A stretch of DNA of 36,733 bases. Source: Gallionella sp. (GTDB lineage: Bacteria > Pseudomonadota > Gammaproteobacteria > Burkholderiales > Gallionellaceae). The notes beneath the pieces were generated by a model. That model was not told the DNA's origin, did no database searches, and saw only the letters and a program-made list of their open reading frames with translations. The DNA lies in the NCBI GenBank assembly GCA_035654595.1, contig DASRWN010000125.1, positions 1-36,733 on the forward strand. The letters are read 5' to 3'. Shown one piece after another: positions 29,260 through 36,733 of this stretch. Within the stretch, counting starts at the first letter, position 1, and each line of letters begins with the position of its first letter. The position numbers and the translations under genes were made by a program.

Positions 29260-30324
29260 CTAGATGGCAACCGGATATGAACCCAGCACCTTGACGAAAG
29301 ACGCAACTTGCTTGAGTTCAGCCAGTGCGGCAACGACGTTGGCTTCGGCCTGATGACCTTCAATGTCCATATAGAATACGTATTCCCACAAACCGGAACG
29401 CGCCGGACGCGATTCCAGCTTGGTCATGCTCACGCCATGTTTGGCCAATGGCACCAGCAAATCATGCACCGCGCCGGGACGATTGGCGGCGGACATCACC
29501 AGCGAAGTCTTGTCGTTTCCGGAAGGCGCAACCGGCTGATCGCCCAGCACCAAAAAACGTGTCGTGTTTTTGGCATCATCCTCGATGTTTTCTGCGCACG
29601 CTTTCAACCCAAACAGCGCGGCGGCCTGGCTGCCAGCAATGGCGGCGCTATACGGATTCTCGGCAGCCAACCGTGCCGCTTCGGCGTTACTGGCAACCGG
29701 AATACGCGCGGCGTGTGGCAGATGCATATTCAACCAACCCTGGCATTGACCGAGTGATTGCGGATGCGAATAAACCGTCTTGATTTCACCCAATTCGTTG
29801 CTCCGTCCGAGCAGGCATTGATGAATGGCCAACACCACTTCTCCGCATATTTGCAGCGGACTTTGCAATAGTAAATCCAGCGTGCGTCCGACCGCGCCCT
29901 CGGTGGAGTTCTCCACCGGCACGATGCCGAAATTGACCGCGCCCGTTTCGACGGCATGAAACACATCATCAATACTGGCGCAGGGCTGCCCTTTTATGGC
30001 ACTGCCAAAACGTTTCAGCACCGCTGCCTCGGTAAATGTTCCTTGTGGTCCGAGATAAGCTGCCGTGATGGGCGCTTCCAGCGCGCGGCATTGCGACATC
30101 ACTTCGGTGAATAGCTGCGCGACGGCGGCATTGCTCAACGGCCCGCCGTTATTGCTTTGCAGGCGTTGCAATATCTGCGCTTCACGCTCCGGGCGCAACA
30201 CCGTGCCGCTTTCTTTGAGATGACCGATCTGCTGCGCCACTGCAGCACGCTGATTGACGAGCTTAAGCAACTCGTCATCAAGGCGGTCAATCTGTTCGCG
30301 GCATTGTTTCAGCTTGTCACTCAT
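29260..30324 (-). CDS. pheA: Chorismate mutase / prephenate dehydratase (P-protein)
   Basis: N-terminal AroQ domain (REQID..RPERE), YLGPQGT, PVENSTEG, NTTRF and ESRP motifs. Confidence 0.96.
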   Translation of the reverse strand: MSDKLKQCREQIDRLDDELLKLVNQRAAVAQQIGHLKESGTVLRPEREAQILQRLQSNNGGPLSNAAVAQLFTEVMSQCRALEAPITAAYLGPQGTFTEAAVLKRFGSAIKGQPCASIDDVFHAVETGAVNFGIVPVENSTEGAVGRTLDLLLQSPLQICGEVVLAIHQCLLGRSNELGEIKTVYSHPQSLGQCQGWLNMHLPHAARIPVASNAEAARLAAENPYSAAIAGSQAAALFGLKACAENIEDDAKNTTRFLVLGDQPVAPSGNDKTSLVMSAANRPGAVHDLLVPLAKHGVSMTKLESRPARSGLWEYVFYMDIEGHQAEANVVAALAELKQVASFVKVLGSYPVAI

Positions 30325-31511
30325 ACCACCTCAGGCAAAGGCAAATCACGCACCATCAACACGCCGGGAATGGCGGCGATCTGCGCGATCAATTTATCCG
30401 GCACTGTGCTATCCGTATCCACCAATGTGTAAGCCATATCGCCGCGCGATTTATTCATCATGTTGTGAATGTTGATACCCGCCTGCGCCAGTGTGGTGGA
30501 AATCTGTCCCAGCATGTTCGGCACATTGCTATTGGCAATCGCCAAGCGGAATGATGATTCACGCGGCATCACCAGTGTCGGGAAATTCACCGTATTGGTC
30601 AAGTTGCCATGCTTCAGATAGTCGCGCACCTGATCCACCACCATCACCGCGCAATTCTGCTCCGCTTCTTCGGTGGAGGCGCCGAGATGCGGCAACGTCA
30701 CCACATTGGCTTGTCCCTGTAATTTTTGCGCGGGGAAGTCGCACACATAGCTGCGCAAATGCCCACTGGCCAAACCGGCCAGGATCGCATCGCTATCCAC
30801 AATTGCATCGCGTGAAAAATTCAGTAGCACGCAACCCGGCTTCATCGCCTGTACGCGTTGCGCGTTGATCAGGCCGCGCGTCGCATCCAGCAACGGAACA
30901 TGCAGCGTGACAAAATCGCTATGCCGCAGCAGGTCTTCCACGCTGTGCGCTTTTTTTACTTGTGAAGACAGGCTCCACGCGCCTTCAACCGTTATTTCCG
31001 GGTCATAGCCATACACGTGCATCCCCAGACTCAGCGCGGTATCAGCCACCAGACGGCCAATTGCACCCAGCCCGATGATACCCAGCGTGCGTCCGCGCAA
31101 TTCGATGCCGGAAAAATGTTTTTTGCCGTCTTCAACCAGTTTATGCAGTGCGGTATCATCACCCTGTAAACCATCGGTGAATTGCAGTGCCGGCACGATA
31201 TTGCGCGCCGCCAGCAACATGCCTGCCAGCACCAGCTCTTTTACCGCATTGGCATTTGCCCCTGCCGCATTGAATACCGGTATGCCGCGCGCGCTCATTT
31301 TGGCGACCGGAACATTATTGGTCCCCGCTCCGGCACGCGCAATCGCCTTCACACTGGCAGGAATATCCATATCATGCATAACTTGCGAACGTACCAGAAT
31401 CACGTCCGGATCGGCAATATCGCTACCCACCAGATAGGCGCCCGTGGGGAAGCGTTTCAACCCCTCGGGTGAAATTTTGTTCAGGGTCAGAATGCGGTAT
31501 GGATCAGCCAT
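30321..31511 (-). CDS. serA: D-3-phosphoglycerate dehydrogenase with C-terminal ACT domain
   Basis: [25 protein letters not shown] and NVPNMLGQI motifs. ATG 31511 overlaps the end of serC. Confidence 0.92.
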   Translation of the reverse strand: MADPYRILTLNKISPEGLKRFPTGAYLVGSDIADPDVILVRSQVMHDMDIPASVKAIARAGAGTNNVPVAKMSARGIPVFNAAGANANAVKELVLAGMLLAARNIVPALQFTDGLQGDDTALHKLVEDGKKHFSGIELRGRTLGIIGLGAIGRLVADTALSLGMHVYGYDPEITVEGAWSLSSQVKKAHSVEDLLRHSDFVTLHVPLLDATRGLINAQRVQAMKPGCVLLNFSRDAIVDSDAILAGLASGHLRSYVCDFPAQKLQGQANVVTLPHLGASTEEAEQNCAVMVVDQVRDYLKHGNLTNTVNFPTLVMPRESSFRLAIANSNVPNMLGQISTTLAQAGINIHNMMNKSRGDMAYTLVDTDSTVPDKLIAQIAAIPGVLMVRDLPLPEVV

Positions 31512-32586
31512 TTTTTCTGGAAAATTCTTGCATGAAGTCAACCAATGCCTGCACGCCCGCCAGCGGCATGGCGTTATAAATCGAAGCCCGCATTCCGCCC
31601 ACCGAGCGATGTCCCTTTAATTGCAACAAGCCTTGCGCATCCGCCTGCTTCAAAAATTCGCCATCCAGCGCCGCATTGTGCAGGGTGAACGGCACGTTCA
31701 TGCGCGAACGATCCGCCACTGCTACCGGGCAGCTGTAAAAACCGTTGCTCGCGTCAATCGCCGTATACAGTAATGCCGCCTTGGCGATGTTGGTTTTTTC
31801 CATCGCCGCCAAACCACCCTGACGCTTCAACATCTGGAACACCAGGCCGGCGATATAGATGCCATAAGTCGGCGGCGTGTTGTACATCGAATCATTCTCG
31901 GCATGAATCTGATAATCCAGCATGGTCGGCGTACCGGGCAGAACTGCACCAATCAGGTCTTCACGCACGATAACGATAGTGAGTCCCGCCGGGCCGATGT
32001 TCTTTTGCGCGCCGGCATAAATCAGTCCGAATTTGGACACATCGACCGGGCGCGACAAGATGCAGGAAGACATGTCTGCCACCAGCGGTACATCACCATT
32101 TTTCGGCAGCCAGTTAAACTCCACCCCGCCTATGGTTTCATTCGGCGTGTAATGCAAATAGGCAGCACGCGGGTCGCACGTCCATGTGGCAAAGGCAGGT
32201 ACGGCTGAGAAATTTTTGTCCGCGCCGCTTGCCGCCACATTTACCGTGCAAAATTTCTTCGCTTCGGCAATTGCTTTTTTTGACCACTCACCAGTCAACA
32301 CATAATCAGCCGAGGTTTTACCGCGCAGCAAATTCATCGGCACCATGGCAAATTGCTGGCTCGCGCCGCCTTGCAGAAACAGCACTTTATAGTTTGTGGG
32401 AATACCCAGCAACTCACGCAGATCCGCTTCTGCCGCCGCCGCGACGGACATGAATTCCTTGCCGCGATGCGACATCTCCATAATCGACATGCCGCTGCCC
32501 TGCCAGTCAAGCATCTCCGCCTGCGCCTGTTGCAACACCTCTTTGGGCAATACTGCCGGTCCTGCGCTGAAGTTATAAATCGTCAT
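31504..32586 (-). CDS. serC: Phosphoserine aminotransferase
   Basis: [37 protein letters not shown] and [15 protein letters not shown] motifs. Confidence 0.98.
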   Translation of the reverse strand: MTIYNFSAGPAVLPKEVLQQAQAEMLDWQGSGMSIMEMSHRGKEFMSVAAAAEADLRELLGIPTNYKVLFLQGGASQQFAMVPMNLLRGKTSADYVLTGEWSKKAIAEAKKFCTVNVAASGADKNFSAVPAFATWTCDPRAAYLHYTPNETIGGVEFNWLPKNGDVPLVADMSSCILSRPVDVSKFGLIYAGAQKNIGPAGLTIVIVREDLIGAVLPGTPTMLDYQIHAENDSMYNTPPTYGIYIAGLVFQMLKRQGGLAAMEKTNIAKAALLYTAIDASNGFYSCPVAVADRSRMNVPFTLHNAALDGEFLKQADAQGLLQLKGHRSVGGMRASIYNAMPLAGVQALVDFMQEFSRKNG

Positions 32587-32646
32587 AATTGTCTTGATTC
32601 CAGATTCTCAATAAAAAATTCAAGTGCGAGGGGTTTACAGTTTCAC

Positions 32647-35208
32647 TTATTGCCCTGTCTCTTCTTCCGGGTCAGCGATGCGGCTCAAACCGGCCAGTTT
32701 TTCACCCTCTTCCACATTCATCAGCGTGACGCCCTGAGCGGTGCGCCCCATCTCGCGGATTTCCTTGACGCGGGTGCGGATCAGCACGCCGCTGGTACCG
32801 ATCAGCATGATCTCATCTTCAACATTCACCAACGTCGCAGCGACCACCTTGCCATTGCGTGGTGAAGTCTTGATGGCGATCATGCCCTGTGTACCCCGCC
32901 CGTGGCGGGTGTATTCAATGATGGGACTGCGTTTGCCATACCCGTTCTCGGTGGCGGTCAGCACGCTTTGCTGCTCGTTCTCCGCCACCAGCAATGAAAT
33001 CACCTGCTGCTTGGGCGCCAGCTTCATGCCGCGCACACCGCGCGATGCGCGCCCGGTCGGACGCACATCGTTCTCGTCAAAACGCACCGCCTTGCCGCCG
33101 TTGGAGAACAACATCACATCGTGCTTGCCATCAGTGATGGCAACGCCAATCAGGTGGTCGTCTTCATCCAGATTAATGGCAATAATGCCGCGCTTCATCG
33201 GTCGTGAGAAATCATTCAACGGCGTCTTCTTCACCGTACCGTTGGAGGTGGCGAAGAACACATATTTGTCTTCAACAAACTCACTCACCGGCAACACCGC
33301 GTTGATTTTCTCGCCTTCTTCCAGCGGCAACAAATTGATGATCGGTTTGCCGCGCGAAACGCGGCTGCCTTGCGGCACTTCATAAACCTTGAGCCAATAC
33401 ACCCGCCCGCGATTGGAGAAGCACAGAATGTAATTGTGCGTGTTGGCAATAAACAAATTGTCGATGAAATCGTCTTCCTTGGTCGCAGTGGCCTGCTTGC
33501 CGCGTCCGCCGCGCTTCTGCGCGCGGTATTCATCCAGACGCTGCGCCTTCATGTAGCCGCCATGCGACAGCGTAACGACCACGTCTTCCGGCGCGATCAG
33601 GTCTTCCATGCTCATGTCCTGAGTATGGGTAATGATTTCGCTGCGGCGCTTGTCACCAAACTGGGCTTTCACCGCGACCAGCTCATCGTGGATGATTTGT
33701 GTGACCCGTTCCGGCTTGGCGAGAATGTCGAGCAGGTCGGTGATCTTGTCCATCACCTCGCGGTACTCGCCGACAATCTTGTCTTGTTCCAATCCGGTCA
33801 GGCGTTGCAAACGCAGTTCCAGGATTGCCTGAGTTTGCGCATCAGAAAGATGATAGCCGCGCGCTTTGCCCTGTCCAATCAAACCGAATTCGGCGGGCAA
33901 ACCTTCGGGACGCGACGCATCGCTGACCCGGCTGAGCATGTCTTCCACCAGCGACGAACGCCACGGGCGCGCCATCAATTCACGCTTCGCATCCGCAGGG
34001 GTGGGCGCGGCTTTGATCAACGCGATGATTTCATCCACATTGGACAGGGCCACCGCCAAACCTTCCAGAATATGACCGCGTTCACGCGCCTTGCGCAATT
34101 CAAAAATGTTGCGGCGCGTCACCACTTCGCGGCGATGGCGCAAGAACGCATCAATCACCTGCTTGAGGTTGAGCAACCTGGGCTGTCCATCAACGATGGC
34201 GACCATGTTGATGCCGAAGCTGTCCTGCATTGGGGTATCTTTGTACAGCTTGTTGAGTATCACCTCGGCGTTCTCGCCGCGCTTCAACTCAATCACCGCA
34301 CGCATCCCGGACTTGTCGGACTCGTCACGAATTTCAGAGATGCCTTCCAGGCGTTTCTCGCGCACCATCTCGCCGATTTTTATCAACAGATTGGCCTTGT
34401 TCACCTGATAGGGCAACTCGTCGATGATGATTGCCTGACGCTCGCCCTTGCCGATGTCCTCAAAGTGCGTGCGTGCGCGCATGATCACGCGGCCACGCCC
34501 GGTGCGATAACCTTCTTTGACACCCTCTAGTCCGTAAATAAAACCTGCGGTCGGAAAATCCGGCGCGGGTACATATTCGATGAGCCGTTCGATATCCAGG
34601 TCGGGGGTTTTCAACAGCGCCAGGCAGGCATTCACCACTTCGCCCATATTGTGCGGCGGAATGTTGGTCGCCATACCCACGGCAATACCGGATGAACCAT
34701 TCACCAACAAATTAGGGAAACGCGCCGGGAAGACCAAAGGCTCGTGTTCAGAACCATCATAGTTCGGTCCGAAATCCACAGTTTCCTTGTCCAGGTCGGC
34801 AAGCAATTCATGCGCGATTTTGGCCATGCGGATTTCGGTATAACGCATCGCCGCCGCGTTATCGCCATCCACCGAACCAAAGTTGCCCTGACCATCCACC
34901 AGGGTGTAGCGCAACGAAAAATCCTGCGCCATGCGCACGATGGTGTCGTACACCGCCGTATCACCGTGCGGGTGATACTTACCGATCACGTCACCGACGA
35001 TACGCGCAGACTTTTTATAGGCACGATTCCAGTCGTTGGACAGCTCGTGCATGGCAAACAAAGCACGACGATGCACCGGTTTCAAACCGTCCCGCACATC
35101 CGGCAAGGCGCGTCCGACGATGACACTCATTGCGTAGTCCAGATAGGACTTGCGCATTTCCTCTTCCAGGCTGACGGGTAGTGTTTCTTTAGCGAATAGT
35201 TGTTCCAT
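32647..35208 (-). CDS. gyrA: DNA gyrase subunit A
   Basis: [37 protein letters not shown] and GyrA-box QKRGGRG. ATG at 35208. Confidence 0.98.
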   Translation of the reverse strand: MEQLFAKETLPVSLEEEMRKSYLDYAMSVIVGRALPDVRDGLKPVHRRALFAMHELSNDWNRAYKKSARIVGDVIGKYHPHGDTAVYDTIVRMAQDFSLRYTLVDGQGNFGSVDGDNAAAMRYTEIRMAKIAHELLADLDKETVDFGPNYDGSEHEPLVFPARFPNLLVNGSSGIAVGMATNIPPHNMGEVVNACLALLKTPDLDIERLIEYVPAPDFPTAGFIYGLEGVKEGYRTGRGRVIMRARTHFEDIGKGERQAIIIDELPYQVNKANLLIKIGEMVREKRLEGISEIRDESDKSGMRAVIELKRGENAEVILNKLYKDTPMQDSFGINMVAIVDGQPRLLNLKQVIDAFLRHRREVVTRRNIFELRKARERGHILEGLAVALSNVDEIIALIKAAPTPADAKRELMARPWRSSLVEDMLSRVSDASRPEGLPAEFGLIGQGKARGYHLSDAQTQAILELRLQRLTGLEQDKIVGEYREVMDKITDLLDILAKPERVTQIIHDELVAVKAQFGDKRRSEIITHTQDMSMEDLIAPEDVVVTLSHGGYMKAQRLDEYRAQKRGGRGKQATATKEDDFIDNLFIANTHNYILCFSNRGRVYWLKVYEVPQGSRVSRGKPIINLLPLEEGEKINAVLPVSEFVEDKYVFFATSNGTVKKTPLNDFSRPMKRGIIAINLDEDDHLIGVAITDGKHDVMLFSNGGKAVRFDENDVRPTGRASRGVRGMKLAPKQQVISLLVAENEQQSVLTATENGYGKRSPIIEYTRHGRGTQGMIAIKTSPRNGKVVAATLVNVEDEIMLIGTSGVLIRTRVKEIREMGRTAQGVTLMNVEEGEKLAGLSRIADPEEETGQ

Positions 35209-35249
35209 AAATAACCCAGGCAGATGTGCTGTATAGCGCAACAATCAAA

Positions 35250-35264
35250 GCGCGCATTTTAGCA
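35250..35264 (-). promoter_or_regulatory. Putative extended -10 promoter of gyrA
   Basis: Minus strand TGCTAAAAT (35264-35256) followed by GCGCGC. Confidence 0.6.
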
Positions 35265-35463
35265 CAGCGAGACCACTCTAAGGAACCTCTGCACAGCTTC
35301 CCCACAAGCCGCGCAGCCCTTTATCTTGCAGCCCAAACCCTTAGTTATAGTGCTGTTCAGCCTGATTAAAGCGCTTCAATCCAGCCTGATTTGCGCAAGA
35401 TGTTTGGCTAAAACCAAGCACTTTTGCTAGAGTCATCTCTTCATTACTCAGGCGCACAAATTG

Positions 35464-36159
35464 ATGAGCAATGCCGATCCCACCGAAATAGAAAAATTCT
35501 CGCAGCTTGCCCACAAATGGTGGGATCCGCACAGCGAGTTCAAGCCGCTGCACGACATCAACCCCTTGCGGCTGGGTTATATCGACCGCCAGGCATCGCT
35601 GGCCGGAAAAACCGTGCTGGATGTCGGCTGCGGCGGCGGCATCCTGTCGGAGAGCATGGCCGGGTTGAGCGCACAAGTAACGGGCATTGATCTCTCTGAC
35701 AAAGCGCTGCAAGTCGCCAAGCTGCATTTGCTGGAAAGCGGCAAGCAAGTCGACTATCGCAACATCACCGTAGAAGACTTGGCTGCCGAACAACCCGCGC
35801 ACTACGATGTCGTCACTTGTCTGGAAATGCTCGAACACGTGCCCGATCCAAACAGCGTGATTGCCGCTTGCGCAAAACTGGTCAAGCCCGGCGGCTGGGT
35901 ATTTTTTTCCACCCTCAATCGCAACCCAAAGTCTTATCTGCTCGCGATAATCGGCGCCGAATACATCCTCAACATGCTGCCGCGCGGCACACATGATTAT
36001 GCCAAATTCATCAAACCATCCGAGCTCGCGCAAGCCTGCCGTAACGCGGCTTTGCATGTCGACAGCATGATTGGCATGAGCTATAACCCGCTCAACAAAG
36101 TGTATTCACTGGGCAACGATACGGACGTCAACTACATGATCGCCTGCCGTCGTGATTAA
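35464..36159 (+). CDS. ubiG: Ubiquinone biosynthesis O-methyltransferase
   Basis: [45 protein letters not shown] and GTHDY..FIKP motifs. Confidence 0.97.
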   Translation: MSNADPTEIEKFSQLAHKWWDPHSEFKPLHDINPLRLGYIDRQASLAGKTVLDVGCGGGILSESMAGLSAQVTGIDLSDKALQVAKLHLLESGKQVDYRNITVEDLAAEQPAHYDVVTCLEMLEHVPDPNSVIAACAKLVKPGGWVFFSTLNRNPKSYLLAIIGAEYILNMLPRGTHDYAKFIKPSELAQACRNAALHVDSMIGMSYNPLNKVYSLGNDTDVNYMIACRRD

Positions 36160-36733
36160 AGCGGTTTTGTTCGACCTGGACGGCACCTTCGCCGACACCG
36201 CACCTGATCTCGCCGCCGCACTCAACCACACCCGCGCCACACGCCAACTGCCGCCGCTTCCCCTGAGTATATTGCGTTTGCAGGCCTCGCACGGCTCGCG
36301 CGGCCTGCTCAAGGCTGGCTTTGACATCGAGCCGCAAGCGCCTGATTACAAGGCACTGCGCGACATCTTTCTCGACTATTACGAACGCAACATTTGTGTG
36401 CATACGCAACTTTTCCCCGGCATCGCACAGTTGGTGGGCGAACTGGAGCAACGCAAAATCAAATGGGGTATCGTCACCAATAAACTGCACCGCCACACCC
36501 TGCCGTTGATGCAACTACTGGGCTATGCCGAACGTACCGCCTGCATCATCAGCGGTGATACCTGTGCACGCGCCAAACCGCACCCCGACCCGCTGCTCGA
36601 AGCCAGCGCGAGAATGCACATCGCCCCGGCACACTGCATCTATCTGGGCGACGACTTGCGTGACATGCAGGCAGCCAACGCTGCCGCCATGCATGGCATC
36701 ATCGCCCGCTATGGCTACATCAGCTCCACCGAA
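36152..36733 (+). CDS. gph: HAD-family phosphoglycolate phosphatase; runs off the right edge
   Basis: Absent from the ORF track. Manual translation from GTG 36152 gives [39 protein letters not shown]. Usual neighbour of ubiG. Confidence 0.9.
   Translation, partial: MIKAVLFDLDGTFADTAPDLAAALNHTRATRQLPPLPLSILRLQASHGSRGLLKAGFDIEPQAPDYKALRDIFLDYYERNICVHTQLFPGIAQLVGELEQRKIKWGIVTNKLHRHTLPLMQLLGYAERTACIISGDTCARAKPHPDPLLEASARMHIAPAHCIYLGDDLRDMQAANAAAMHGIIARYGYISSTE

Noticed and set aside
33370-34530. 386-aa plus-strand ORF
   Set aside because: Antisense shadow of gyrA.
35341-36057. 238-aa minus-strand ORF
   Set aside because: Antisense shadow of ubiG.

Overview
This is a core-chromosome segment of a betaproteobacterium. 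Gene order and content are most like Gallionellaceae/Nitrosomonadales (inference, no search run). Left to right: smc (truncated at the left edge), queF, an FGGY kinase, rmuC, typA, a methyltransferase-DUF3501-Fe-S oxidoreductase-rubrerythrin cluster, queG, tsaE-amiC, cysM and a porin. Next comes the long minus-strand run gyrA-serC-serA-pheA-hisC-aroF-tyrA-aroA/cmk-rpsA-ihfB-lapA-lapB-pyrF-rfaE1-rfaD, then ubiG-gph (truncated at the right edge). Most of the window is ordinary housekeeping DNA. Four things stand out. (1) A 1.2 kb AT-rich insert without an integrase is bracketed by a diverged 117-bp duplication of the queG 3' end and carries a closely linked chain of small membrane ORFs that the ORF track missed. 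(2) The methyltransferase apparently has to start at a CTG codon that overlaps the upstream stop as CTGA. (3) Three diverged 125-145 bp palindromic MITE-like elements share an internal motif. (4) One hairpin looks like both the typA terminator and the rmuC promoter. No rRNA, tRNA, CRISPR array or intact transposase was seen.
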